In this document: piece after piece, positions 35,581-50,000 of the stretch
Numbering within the stretch: the stretch's first letter is position 1
Layout of the letters: every line of letters starts with the position of its first letter
Source: Pelomyxa schiedti
Taxonomy: Eukaryota; Protista; Evosea
Direction: 5' to 3'
Assembly: GCA_020536535.1 (NCBI GenBank)
Contig: JAHLWZ010000825.1
Coordinates: forward strand, 37,461-101,460
DNA length: 64,000 nucleotides
Notes under the pieces: model-generated
Databases searched by the model: none
What the model was told of the DNA's origin: nothing
Seen by the model: only the letters and a program-made list of their open reading frames with translations
Made by a program: the position numbers and the translations under genes

Positions 35581-38040
35581 ATGTCAGGCGCTGCGTCTTT
35601 GTATGTGGTGTTTGTTATTATGGGAGCAGTGTGTGCCCGTGGGAAGTATGGCCTCGACAATGGGTTGGGTCTCACACCTCAGATGGGTTTCAACACATGG
35701 GTGTGGGACAAAAAAAAAAGAAACAAAAAGGAGGGGAAAAAGGTGCAACTAACTTTTTTTTTTTTTAGAATCACTTTGGGTGTGACATTAACGAGAGGTT
35801 GATTTACAAAACACTGGATTCCATGATTTCCACTGGCCTTTTTGATGCTGGATATGTAAGAAACAAAAACTCCCTTGGTGCTGCACCAACTAAATCACAT
35901 TATAGAATTATGTGAACTTGGATGATTGTGTGTTTCCAAAACTATTTACTTCCTTAATCATAAGCGTTCGAAAGGTTGGCAGCGTGCAAGGCACTCTAAT
36001 GGCACAATTATCCCTGACCCCATCGCGTTTCCTGATGGCATAAAGGTGCGACTAACTTTGAACAGTCATGGGGAAAAAACCAAACCTGTAACTTCAAACC
36101 TAGCCACTGGCAGACTATGCGCACAGTTTGGGGCTCAAGTTTGGGCTCTACAGTGATGCTGGTTACAAGACCTGTGCTGGCAGGCCTGGATCACTAGGCT
36201 ATGAAACAATTGATGCAGATACATGTTTGCCACTCTTTTTTGGGTCCATCTAATTTTCTTACCAGATGCCTCTTGGGGAGTTGACTATCTTAAGGTTTTA
36301 TATTTCCCTGTAAAACCGTACTAACTTTTTTTTAGTATGACAATTGTAACAATGATGGAACCAGTCCAAAGGTTCTTTTAGGTCCTCTATATTCACTCAC
36401 GCAGTGTAGGAACGTTACCCTGTAATGAGAGACGCATTGCTTGGTTCAGGTCGTTCCATCTTCTACAGTATGTGTGAATGGGGTGTGGAGGACCCAGCCA
36501 CTTGGGCAGAGCCTGTTGGCAACAGCTGGCGCACGACTGGTGACATAGGGGATTCTTGGCAAAGGTTTTTCCCTTGCCTTGATCTCCAATCTAATTTTGC
36601 AGTATGCTCTCCATTATAGAGTCTAACGATGCTTGGGCAGACTATGCCGGGCCTGGTGGATGGAACGATCCCGGTAAGTTTCCTTTACGGTGAGCAGGAG
36701 AGTGATTATTTTTTCCAGATATGCTAGAAGTCGGCAATGGTGGAATGACGTATGAAGAGTACAAAGTACCTTTTCTCTTGCTTCTTGCCTGTAATGAATA
36801 ACTCCAGACACATTTTTCCCTGTGGTGTTTGGCAAAAGCACCACTTTTAATTGGCTGTGATATAACTGATATCTCCAACGATACTCTATCCATTCTCACT
36901 GCCCCAGAAGTTTTAGCTGTGAGGTTCTCGTCCTTGGTTTTTCCGAGAATCTTTTCTCATTCTAAATCTTTCTAGTCAGGATCCACTTGGAGTACAAGGC
37001 AAAAAAGTTTTGTCCTCAACCTATTCCACACGGTATTTACTCCACACCATTCTCCTCTTCTAAATTATGAAGGAGTGCTCTTCAAGTTGTTGTGGAAGAC
37101 TGCAAGGGCATAAGTAATCAACGATGGGAGGTATAACGATTCTCAATCCGAGTAACATTTTGATTTCCGTCTCCCAGATTCTCTCTGATCGTTCCATAAG
37201 AAGCGAATCTACTGGCTTGTGTCTTGATGTTAGTGATTGTGGCCGGTCCGATGGGACGCTTGTTGAAGTAAAAGAAACACTACAGTATATAATGTACTGA
37301 TAAGAGATAGGTCTTTGACTGTCACATTGGTGAGAAACTTTCTTGTGATGAGTCCCTTAATCAGGTGAGACTGGTTGGGGGTATTTTCTTTCTCTTGCTT
37401 ACCTTGCCAAGGAATGGGAATTCGAGAATATGAACGGAACTGGAACCATAAAAAGCATGATGAACCTCGACCAGCGCATGTGTTTGGATGTTGCCGGGGG
37501 CACAGGGCCCACAGTAGAAATGTGGTAAGCATACCTAACATTGCCCCTTGAGTATACACCACATTGATTAGTTTCTAGGACCTGCAACTCTGGTACGAAC
37601 CAACAATGGACAACCAATAGCGACGGAACCATAACTTCAGTGGACATGTGCCTAACGGTTTATGATGGATCTGAAGAGCCCCTGGAAGTCTGGTATGCAC
37701 CTCTTTCCGATGGCTCTTCTGCAGTTATTCTCTTCAACAGAAAGTATGTTTGGGCGGAGTCTCCTCCATTCTACACTCCCGCTTACATAATAATTTGATA
37801 ATAAAGATACAGTTGCATGTCGTAATGAAACACACTCCTCGCGGGACACCAATAACACCAACTAAATCCAGGTCAATGGCGGCCGACATCACAGCACCTT
37901 TTTCAGTTGTCAATCAAAGTGGGTCTTGCCTTGTGCGGGACCTTTGGGCCAGGGAAGACATAGGCATATTTAAGGACTCTTTTACCAGCACAGTGGCGGC
38001 ACATGGGGTTACATTTGTGAAGATAACCCCTATGGACTAG
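35581..38040 (+). CDS. GH27 alpha-galactosidase with inserted ricin-B (CBM13) lectin domain; secreted; many introns
   Basis: [85 protein letters not shown]. QxW repeats (NQRWE, NQEWE, NQQWT) with CLDV at ~37075-37665. C-terminal VRDLW...HGV. Confidence 0.93.
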
Positions 38041-38096
38041 GGAAGGAACTAGCCGGAAAATTTTTTTATTTTTAAACAGATAAACGAACAACAAAT

Positions 38097-41000
38097 TTAT
38101 GCGAAGCCAAAGCCTTCACACCCTTCACGGACAGCCAACAAGAGCTTCTCCTTTAGTATCTTTGTTTGAGATGTTAGGAGACAGGGTGAGAAGGAAGCGG
38201 AGTGGAACTTCATAGGTTTGATACTCTGGGAGGTCGAGCTGATTGTAACAGGTGTGTGCCGTGGGTAAACCTTCCGTGCGGTAGGCCTTGTGTATTTTGA
38301 AGCCATTACCGAACATGCCGGATAGTGCTTTGAAGCCCTCGAGGGGCACCTTGGAGGAGCCGGTGACAAACTGGAGAAGTTGGGCTCTCTCTTGCTGTCC
38401 GAAGTCCTGTACAACTTGCCAAAACCAATGGATTTGTGGTGATTCACTTGTGTAACCATGGTATTCCGTGTGAGTACGAAGATCATCAATGTTAATGTCA
38501 GGAAGACCACTGCCAACAAGTTACTGGGTGATGTGAGGAAACGCGCCGCTACCTGATAAGAAGCTCAAGCTCAGTTTCAGTAAATATCGAAATCAGCTGC
38601 GCTGGGATAAGGTCATGAAATCCAGCAAGGAAGTTATTGATCTGGTTTTGGATGGATCCTGTCAAACGATGTTCAACATAGAGCTTGATGTATTCGTGCT
38701 TGTTTTCGTTTGTAACGAGGGTATTTTTTCCTCCAGGCTTCAATTCATGTTGTTGAGGCCGACCAAAAGCATCGTGATCAGACGTGAAGTATATTTCTGG
38801 AGTATCTGTGACGTTGTTCTAGGAAAGTTTGAGTACATTAAAAAAAAAAAAAAAAAAAAGAAGAAGAAAGACAGAAACCTGTAAAACCCATAGCAAAGTT
38901 TTATACAACTGGTGGTCTACACACTCCATATCTTTTAAAGAGACCTCCTAAGAGAAATAAGACCAACCAACACAAAACAGCTTTGTGTACCTGCCCAAGG
39001 ATGTGCTTGTAGAAGGATCTGGTGAAATGAGCATCGAGCTGATGGCCATCATGGAGAGCTTTTCCAACAACTCTTCCCACAAACTGGTAATAAATTAATT
39101 TGGGGTAAAATGTAGTTGAACCACTTTGAAATAATCGAGGTGATCGGGGTTCACGTTGCTCAGAATGTTTGGTTGGAACGCGCGATCAGCAGTTGCTAGG
39201 AAGAATTGGATGCAAAGAAACAAAAGGAAAAACTTGTACCTCGGAACAATCCATATAGAGGGTTAAACATCTCTGATTGTTGGTTAGTCCTGTACAGTGA
39301 GTGGAATAATACCTTTAGATATAACTTGGTACCACTCCTTTGTGAGGCCACCTGCATCAATGCCTATCCACACGGTTATTCCCTCCAGGACATTCCTTGT
39401 AGTTTAAAATAACCTTCTTCTCCTTGGAATCTCACTGAAAGTCTCCCTTTAAGTTCTGGTGCTTTGCGCATGCGTAGTTGGTGGAATGACTCCTCAAAAA
39501 TTTTATCTCTGCTAACATGTAGCACAAGGGGGGGTAGACTGAGGGGCTGTTAGTTCACTACCAAAGTGTTCAGTGTTACCTTTCGTGCTCTTCTTTAAGT
39601 TCTTGTAACTTGCTTCGGAAGTACACGCACTTGTTGTCGAAGTCTATCATACGGGGGGTGTGGGTAACCATCAGGGAGAATGCTCCACCAAGTAGAGCTG
39701 AGTTGTGGCGTATCAGGTCATTGAGTAAAGCTCTGTACTTCTCCACAAACGAATGGAAGGCCTGCATATCAGAATCTGAAGCCAATATTAAGATAACGTG
39801 GTAGTGGAATGTACACACTCGAATCTGTGCTAGGTACTGATGCACTGACTGGGGAAGAGGCAGAACTGGAAGTGGTAGAAGTTGTTGTAACTTGAGTTTG
39901 GGTTGAAGAGGAGCTCCTTAGTTTACTAATAGACGATGCAGGTTTCGAGTTTCTTTCTCCAAGAATCGATGATGAAACCACAAAAAACATCTGTATAATG
40001 GGCAGAAGCAAAGATGCAGCAGGAGACGACTGTTTCTCCTTCGAAGTCTTCTTCAGTGAGGAAACTACTTCAGAAACACTGGCTGGTGCCGCAGCAGATT
40101 TCTTCTCTGGTGCAACCTCAAGCAAATTCAAGCAACCAAACATTTCATCCCAGAGTGGTTGTAGATGTAGTTTTCCCCCTTTGGACAACAGCATTTCTTT
40201 TTGGGGGCTTAGGGAAATTAGAGTCCTTATAAGCCGCAGTAAATTCTGTGCTGGAGTAGAGGCCATACTAAACATGGCAATCACAGCTGCTGGGTTCAAA
40301 CCCGGTGTATTCAACTTGAGGTGCAGTTCTGAAAGATGATTTACAACACTCTGAAGCATTTTCTGCGATGTTTCCACCATCTCATTACACAACACAATCA
40401 AATTTTCTGGATGTTGCGCCAAACGCTTAATGCACCTATTGGTGTAGCGGTAGGTTTGCTCTGTGCATTCAAGTGAAATGACTTTGACCAAACACCCCAG
40501 AGATTCAGAATCTACTTGAGGGCAAGGAAGAGGTTTTGGTGTAGCAGGGGTTGTTGTGGTTTCAGGTGCAGCCATTGGGTCCTGCGTTGCTCCATTCGTG
40601 GGTAGAGGAGGAGCTGTCTTCTCAGGATCTGGTGTAGCATCAGAACCTGGAGCCTCAGTGTTCCTCAAATGCACAGAAATGGGTTTTGTAGCAAGTTCAA
40701 GCAATTCCACAAGCTTGCTAGTTTGATCGCTACTGCTTACAAACGGAGGTACGCTCAGAAGCCTGCATATTGGTGAGGAATATGAGATACCAAACAAATA
40801 AAACCTTAACAATGATGATAATACTCCTTGTTCTTCTTTATTAGACAGCAACATCTCACAGACATGACTATTTGACTTAGCGAGATTAGAGAGATATCCC
40901 ACGATTAACTGAACTGTTTTGGCTGGGGGATGTGAAGAAACTAGCTTGAATTGGGCATTGCTGTATTCTATTATCAGTGGGTGAATGGGGTGCTCTAGTG

Positions 41001-44000
41001 GTGAGAAATGATTGCTTAGTTGAGGAGAAATGGCAAGCGCCTCTGATTCCCTAAGAACTTGGTCAAGTGATTTGGGCTGGGGCGGCTCCAGTATAGAAAT
41101 AACTGGATCCAACGTTGGTTTAGAGTGCTGATGCAGACCAGATGTGAGTATTGTCAATAACCCAGCAATGACTGGGTCTTCAAGGTATGGAACACTACAA
41201 AGATACGATAGAAGTCTTCCACAAGGAAGCTTATCTGCACATTCAAGGTACAATAACCTTAAAATAATGCTCAGCTGCCTTGTAGAAATGAATGTTGCTT
41301 CTTCTACATTGGAGGCATGTTGTAGAGCTGTTTTCGTTGAAGTAGTGGAATGGGCATGTGAAATGCGAGAGTGAAGACCAGAGCTGGGTGGAGGATTCAA
41401 GGCGGAGTACATCCTATCTATACGGGAGGTATAACTATTGGCAGCCCTCTCACGAACTAAATGGGCCTCGGCAGCAACAGCAGGTGGCAGAGTCTCTAGT
41501 ACAGAATCATCCACGGTTAGTAAAACCTCCTCGCGCAAGTCTGGAGTCAGAGTAGCAATGAAGTCTGCTAAATTCATTTCTGTTGCGTTACGGGGATCCG
41601 CCGGTTGTGCTTCCCGTAATAGACGCTCTTGGTCTTCAAGAAGTTCAGCTTGGATATCTGGAGGCAACTGTGCCAAAACTGAGGGATCTGTTCCAGGTAT
41701 AATCGTGCTTGTCTGGGGCAAGGATGGTGGTGGAGCGGGGCGAGAAAGACGTGAAGCTAATACTTCGTCTTGGATTTCAGGTGGGAGGGCTTGTAGGAAA
41801 GTGGGGTCAATTTCTGGTGCTGGAGTGCTTGTAAGAGGAGTGCTGGTTGTACTTTGTGTGACTGGTACAGCACCATCTCCAGGAATTGTAGGGGGGGATT
41901 GCACCGCAAGGGTTGGCGGGTTCGAGGGAGTAGTGGGAGTGGAATCTACAACAGAGGGCTGTGATATTACTGAACTCTCCTTTTCTGTTGATACTACCTC
42001 TAAAGGGTGGTAAGCTATGATGAGAAGAAAACTACAAACCTGGTACTGGGGCAGGGGAGAGTACATTGGGTGCAGCCTGATTGATTGCTGGAGTGGGAGG
42101 TATGGGAGCTGGGATGACGACGGGTGGTATGGGAGTGGGTACCTCTGTAACTTGGGCTGGTGAAATTGGAGAGGAAGTCTGAGAGCCTGATGCCAACTGT
42201 GACTGTGAATTGGTTGTATTGGAAGCAAAAATTTGTTCCAGTGATGCGTGTAATGCTTCCATTAAGGAGTTTGTACTTGTTCCACTCTCAGTGGGTGTAC
42301 GTACAGAAAGCTGAGGGATATTAGACGTAGTAGGAGTTCTAAGCTCAGGAGCGCTGGTGTCACTGGTGAGATGCTGTGGAGGAGGTGATGAACCCCTTGA
42401 GACTTGGGCCAACGCTTCAGTCCACATTGAAGTGATATCACTAGGTAAGGGTTGTGGTGCCTTGCTGGAATCTTTTATTTCCATGGAAGGTTGGGTTACT
42501 TGTACTGCAGTAATAATTTCAGCCTCCAGGGACTGTAGATCTCTTATTTGGCGCTCTGTGGGGGCACTTCCATCAGCAGTCCACATAGAGGCACGTGTCA
42601 ACTGGGGCTGGGATGTGCGCTGTATTCGAAGTTCTTCTGATGCAAGCATGTTTACACCTCTCTCCAGGGTATGTAATCTGCGGAGTAATGCTGTTTCCTC
42701 CATCATCCTTGCTGCCAATGGTGAAGAACTCCGAGGCATCCTTGTCCATGACGGTACTCTACTTTGTTGGAGAGGATCCAGAATGGCACTCAAACTACTC
42801 TCAACACTATTGTCCTCCTCGTCCTCATAATCAGACACAGGACTCTCATTCCCCTCTGCTGCAGACTGGTTTTCTCCATCATTGTTTTCTTCATCTTCAT
42901 CATCTTCATCCTCTTCATTTTCGTCCTCATCTGTTCCTCGGGCTCCAGCGTCGCTAGATAGTCCATCGGCATCCATTTCCAGGTGTCTGATTATTGATGA
43001 TATCTCTGGGAAACGACTGCTCGCATCCACCTCCATAGCAGCTTCCCCACTTGGTAATGCTGCAGATTCCAACCTCACAGGTGCCAAGCTGGGTGTTGTA
43101 GAGGCAGAGGTAGATGCCGAAGCAGAGGGTGTTGAGGTAAAAGTAGGAATAGAGGGATTGACAGGAACTTCCAGAGGTTCAAATGGTTGTAAGACTGGAA
43201 GACGTGCGTCATTTATTAGTCTTGGACCCCCAAATCGGTTGTATTCACGTGAGGAAATGCGGAGTCCTGCTGTATTAGAGATACCTTCGGGATCAAATTC
43301 AACTGTGTTCCACGAATTAGATCCACTAGACAGCTCAGCACTTAAAATGTCACGGAAAGTGTTTGCACTTGGAGGGGGTCTTCCCCCAGCACTAAGAAGA
43401 GAATAGAGAGATGCCCCAGTGGCAGCTGAAGTTGATGTGGGAGCTACTGGGGGGTTGGGTTTGTACAAGGTGTTCCGTACTAAAACTTCCATTACATGCA
43501 CTATCGATTGTACTAAAGTAGTGGTTCCACAAACGGATGGTTCTAGTTTATCAAGAGCCACTGTAAGGAGAGAAATTGCTTTCCCTTTAACAAGAAACTC
43601 GAGAAGGATGTTTGAGAACTGGGGAGGGAGCGTAAAGAGATAATTACAAATTTCTGGAGTACAGTCAGTGGAGGGGAGTAGGAAATAAAATGTACCAATG
43701 AGTTTAAAAAGACGGGTTGGCAAGACCATACTGCCGTACTCCATTCCCGTTATTTCTCCTTCCAAGAAAGATGAAATTTCCTGTGCTACACACTTGCACC
43801 CTTGTTCTGTTGAACAGAGTGTTGAAAGCAATGGCGTCGTTACTGCCAACGCTCTTTCATCTATTTGTTGGAGAACTTCATCAAGTAATTTGTGCAGAAA
43901 AGTGGCGCCGGAACAATGTAATAGCGTATCAACAAGGGAATTGGATGACTTGAGAATTTCGTAGAGCAGCTCTAATACCTTGGTGAAATTGAAGAGTGGA

Positions 44001-47000
44001 GTTATCTTCCTACTCTCGGCATCAGTTTTTGTACTACCCAAAGATGTTTGAACACGGGAAATGAATTGAGCTATAATCTGGCTCTGCAACTCACTTGCCT
44101 TGGATTTATCAGTACTCATATCATCAGGTTTCTTTTCCTCTGAAAGCTTCTCTGTACTCACTGCGTTCTCCTGGGGTTTTGAGTCCCCAGAAATGTTTGG
44201 GGCAGTGTCGGACGACTGCACTGAACTGGAGGATTGGGTAGGACTGTTAGTAATCACTGGAACACTTGTTGGTGAATGTATTTCTGTGGCTGAAGTAGAT
44301 GAAGGGGCAAGCCCTGCTTTCAGTGGGCGTAGTTTAATCCCTCCTGAACGATCTAATTCACAGAGGTTTCTAACAGAAGCGAGAAAAATAGGCTTATTGC
44401 GCAAACAGAGAGGTGCCATCTGCTCCAAAAATTGTTGAATAGGCACCCTCGCAGAAAGAGAACTCTTGATATGGCTTTCCATGGTAGTTTGGAGGAATTG
44501 TGGATCTTCTAGCACATGTCGTATTATAGTCACTAAAGGATGATTATGGAAGAATACTAGTCAACTGTCAAGAACAAAACTTACAGGCATGAAACGCGCA
44601 TGCTGATACATGCTTTGGTTCTGTAGTTGAGAACACAGTGCAGTTAAGAAGAGCTTCCACACCACCAATTTGTACGAATTTGCATGCCACATCGTAGTCC
44701 ATTGTCAGACGGGCAATTAAAATGAGAGCACAACGACTAGCCTGTCATAGATTTAAAAAAAGGTGAGAATAGGGCTGCATACATAGGAATTTAAAATAGA
44801 TTTCCGTAAAGCAGTTATTGAAGAGGTGAGAAGTTGGGTTGCCAGCGAGATATCAACTGTAGCACCCGAAACAATAGCATCAAGTACACGAAGAGCTGCA
44901 CCAAAAGCAGCCCACTTAGAAGCAAGTAACTTGATATCCTCTACATCGGTGTCCTTGGGCAAGGTGTATTCCACAAGGGATTGCACCACTGACAGTGTTT
45001 TTGTGTAAAGGTGGGGTGCTGTGTCAAATACCTCCCTCAGTGATGGAAGAAGAGAGGTGAGGAGGAGCAGTACGGTTGAAGTTTCTTGAAGTTGTGCGGA
45101 AGTAGATTCCGGAACAGGATCTGGATTAGGCTGCAATGCTTCAAGCAAGAGGGAGAGTACACTAACAGAATCTTCATTGCTCCTTTTCGCTATCGTTATA
45201 AATATGTCAACAACCGAGCTGAAAACTGATGCAATGTCATAGTTCTGCCTGAGGAGATCCAACAAGGCATTCAGTATGTAACGGGGGTTGGTCAGTGGGA
45301 GAACATCAGCGGAGGAAGTTGTAGAAGCCGTTACAGTGGAAGATGTTGCAGTTGAGGGGGTAGTAGTTGTGGTAGAGGTTTCTTGGATAGAAGGTAAGGG
45401 AACAATTGGGGGAGGGTTTGTGGAAGAAGACAGCTTAATGGGTGTTTCAGAGGAGGCACCTGGGGGTTGCTCCTGAGAAAGGGACAGCGCCATTGCAAGC
45501 TCCTCATCATCCATTCCTATTAATTCTTCCTCTGGAATGGGAGGTCCGGTGTATGGAGCAGAGGGGGCAGTTGTTGAACTTGCTGGAGTAACAGAAACAA
45601 GTGACATAGCGATTGCTGCGGCAAGATCGTCATCCTCTTTGACTTCTGGAGGATTGTTCAAAAGCCAGTCCTAGGTTTGTTGTTGGGAAAAAGAAAAATC
45701 TTGTCAGCAAGATATACCGTAATTCTTGGAATGGATGTTCCCTTGGGGAGTACTTTCCACGCCTGTAGAATATGCTCCCGTGTAAAACCCAGTTCCTAAA
45801 TTGGTAAGAATAGCCTATGGTTATGAGAGGTACTTGAAGTTGTGTAATAACAGTTTCAGGAAAAGCCGACTTGCTCTTGTCCTTTGTCTGAAGTTTGACT
45901 TTGGACTCTTCCATCTCTTGCATAAGGTGAAATTTGATAGATTCAAATGCCAGGGCCGCCAGAGCAGGTGGGAGATGCTTCTCTATGACGCTGCCACCAC
46001 CCCAGACTGTGTAGACAATCGAGGACAGTTCACCTTGCACCGAAGAAACAAATTCGTGAGGATCAAAGGATCCAGTCAAATCAGGTAACTTCTGTGTGAG
46101 CATCTGAGCTGTTACTTCAGCACTCATGACAGATTCCTTATCCATTGTCCTCCTGATTGTAGGTTACATAGATTCATAGATAAGATATTAACACACTGGA
46201 ATAGATCAGCGAAGGAACAAAGAGTTTTGGTACGCTGCTTTCCTTGCTTTTCACTGCCTTCTAGAAAGGAAGTGAGAGGCTGCTTTTCCTAGGGGACTTA
46301 TACCGTAGTTAATTGCCCAAGAAAGTTGCTCAGAAAGAAGAGTGAAGAACCCTGCTCGTCTCAAGTGATATAAAAAGAGGGTGTGGGTTTTATGCCGATC
46401 ATCAAACAGCATAAGTTTCAGTGCCTCTATGTTGGAGTCATAAAGGAGGCAGAACGAGTAGAGAGTACCTAAAACATATCTCAAGTAGCCATGTCGAGAA
46501 GCCTCTGGAACTTGGTTTGCCCAGGACAGGTGATTGCACCAAGTCTTGCTAAAGCCCAGGGAGAGTGTGTGCAGTGGCTTATCATCTGAAAGTGGCTAAG
46601 AAAGGGTGATTTTATTTCTATCGTACTTTGATGGCGACCGACGGGGATAGTAAGTGCTAGGGAAAGAGCACTGGACAGAGCATGCAAAGCCAATCCTATA
46701 ATATTACGATCATTTCTTTAAAAAAAAAGTTAATATCTCCACGAACCTGAGAGAGAAAGAATAGGAGGGTAATCTGCGCGTTTATGCTCCAATTTGAAGG
46801 CAGACATGTCCGAAAATAACAATCGCTGCAGTAAACCCAGTTTGGAAAATACTTCAGTTCCAATAGGGGTCACCCACTCGCTCTGCATTTTTTATTGCCG
46901 TTAGAACAAAAAGAAAAGGGGCGGGGACGGCGCGGGGGGGCGGCGGGGGGAGAACCATCAGTTGCAGAGCCTTATTCCCGTAACTATCGTGTAGAAGTCC

Positions 47001-50000
47001 ATTAAGTATGTTGGTCGTGTGGTTGATCATTGCCAGAGGTGGCTCTACTTGAGGTAGTATCTTGTGGAAATATAATGTTCCGTTTTCCCAACCCACAACA
47101 GTTTTGCTCAGCAGTTCAAATGTTTGATGTAAAGAGGCGATTACACCTTGCAGAATTTGGGGAGCACGTGTGACTAAGCAGTGAAAAACATTGTCAAATA
47201 AGGCAGGGTGTGCTTGGTTCTGAGAAAAGAATATCGGCGGAAAAGGTGTCCCAGCAAGTTTGGTCAACGCAACAACCCCTCCGTTATTAATGAAAGAACT
47301 GGCATTTTCTTGAACAGAAAATATCCCCTGTACAACCAAATTACAACCTGCAGAAGAGAGAGTAGGGTGAAGTACCTCTAGAAGGCAAGATGAAAAAGAT
47401 GAAAAAACCCACAGAAACGCAGGAGTATCACAGGTTTGAACCTGTTGGTCGTATGGTATTATTCCCTCCTCCACGTCGATCAGTTGGCATTTCTATTATC
47501 TTTAGTGGAAAATACCAGAAATCTTGGGAGTAAACCTCGCAATTAGGGCCGGAAATCGGACCACATATTGCACCTGAGCGGTCTTTACCGCAGTAGTGGC
47601 AGCCTGTGACACCCTTCTTAGATGCTTGCCTATGCTGGTATATAGATGTAGTCTCATTGTCACCCTCCTTGACAGAAGTAGAAACCGTGGATGAGGTACT
47701 AGACACAGGCGGTACAGTGTTGAGGTCCTTTGCAGGTTCGTTGGACACAGTTGAAGCACAGGAGGAAACTTTCTCTTTATCCCTTTTATATTGTGCCTTG
47801 CGTTCACGTTCTTCTTGCTCACGTTGTGGTGCACCAGAAGCAACATCCTCAGCAATTTTTGTAACTCTCCCCAGAATCGTGAGGCAAACTTGACTGACGA
47901 GAGGCTATTGATGCTAAGTTTAATACACAAGAGGGACACCCGAACCTTGAATTCTGAATAATGACGGCTCAGATCCGCTAAACCAAGAGCTGTGGAAAGT
48001 GACATAAATTTATAGAACATACGACTGGGCACATACACAAACGGGAAACCGTGCGTGAGTCCATAGAGACTACGACTTTCGGTGAAATCATTTTTTCAAA
48101 GAATTCCTCCACACAGTGTGCCTCTAAGAATTGTCAGACTGATTGGTCACGATTGGGCAACTTACCAAGGATACCAGTCAGAGCCTTCTTGCTCAGGCAT
48201 AATGCACTAATAACGGAAGGTACGACAGACATAAACCATGGGTATTGTGGAAAATCAGGGGATGATAAGACACTGAGAAAACTCTTGGGACTAAGCAGGC
48301 CTAAGAACCGACAGCGAAAGGTGAGAGGTACTTACACTTCTAGAGACTCTAGTGTAGCATAGGCTGTGGGCTCTTCATTCAGTATACGAGAAAATGTTTT
48401 TGATGCCAAGCTTGTTTGTTGTAAGGCGTTTTATTTTGTTGCTGTTATTGCATACCAAAGTAGTCTGTCACCTAGGACTTGTGGATTCTTAAATACTATT
48501 GCAAGGAGTGTGGGTAATTCTTCTGCTTGGACAATGCTCATCAATGACTTGGGAAATAAGTAAGAAAGAGCATAAAGTAGAAAGGTGGACAACCTGAGGA
48601 AGCATCAAGAGAAGAACGCGGAACATACTCTGTATCACGGCTTTGGTAGCTTTTGGTGAACAAAAAATATCCTTTGAGGGAGTCGGTTGCCCCCGTTCTG
48701 TAGATGTTCCCTCAGTACCAGACAGAGAAGTTGCTGTTTCAGCGGAAGTTGCAGCTTCGGCTGCCGGTATTCCGGTAAATGGTAGTGGTTGGGTGAGCAG
48801 GCCTTTTAGTTCAACTGATATACGGGAAATGAGATCTTCTATGAACCCGATGTCATGCAGAGTTGCAGCATTGCTATGGAAATAAAGGGGTTCAGCCTGG
48901 AAAAGTTTCCTTTCAACAAACCTGTGTTTTGAACTTAGCCATGTCTCAAAGATGGAACAGATTTGAGGTAAAAGTGAATAGAAGTCAATTGTCTGTACTC
49001 GTATCAATGGAGCCATTGAGGAAAAACTCCCCGAGAGATGAAGTGCCTGTGCCCCTGCGGCTGGAATTATTAGTGAAAGAGTAAGCATGCACAGAGGAAA
49101 AACTCACTATTTTCTGCAATTGCACGAACAAATTTGAATAGCTCAAAGATGAAGTCTGCGTTAAAAAGAGGATCTTGCACGGATGTTGTTGTAGAGGCAA
49201 CAATAAGGGAAACAGACTTCCTTATCAAAGAAGGTAACAAGCCATTGTGGGCATCTTGGTTTTGTTTTGAAGGAAGAACGGTTAAAACGATACAAAGGAA
49301 CAAGAATACAAACTGCATCCACATGCAGTCAAAATTTGTTCTAAGAAGCTTTGCCCATTTTGTGCTGCCTCAGTACACAGAACAGTCATCAGACGAAGGC
49401 ACATGACCCTCAGCATAGACAAATATGACTCTCCTCTTCCATTCAGACCTTCAATTGGTCCACACTTAAGAACATCAGCCATCTCATCAACGACTTCAAT
49501 ATCTTCCGCTGATCGAGCGAACCGACCACATAGAAGTGTATTTTTGGCTAATAGTCTAATCAAGGCCCACATCAACAGAGACTGCTTTTTGGCACTGCTT
49601 TTTATAAACCGTATCCTTATATAGAGTGGTATATGCAACTGGGGAGGCACGGCAAAACGCGCCACAGTGGCATTGAAGATCGATAACGAAGTTTCTTGGA
49701 GCTGATGCAGTTTTGGTATATGAATGATTGTAACCTTGGGAGATGGAGACGAGCTGGCAGTCTTGTGGGAAATTTAAATTTGGATCTTTACATTGGGATA
49801 CTTACTTTCTCAGGAGTCTTCAAAAACTCGAGATGTAGGGTAGTCACAGACTCTGGAACATCATTTGGGGCCTCAACTGACAAGAACAATCCAAGTGGTG
49901 CACAGTTCTGCTTACCTCCCCATCCTCGAGCTAGCTCACTCAACACCTGGGAAAGAGCGGCATTTGTGTGCACAACACTGTGAGGATCTGCTAACAATTG

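Noticed and set aside
38839-38870. Long A/T homopolymers (also ~15875-15905 and ~35210-35232)
   Set aside because: These are intronic pyrimidine tracts of minus-strand genes, with no target-site duplications or retroelement ORFs to suggest retroposon tails.
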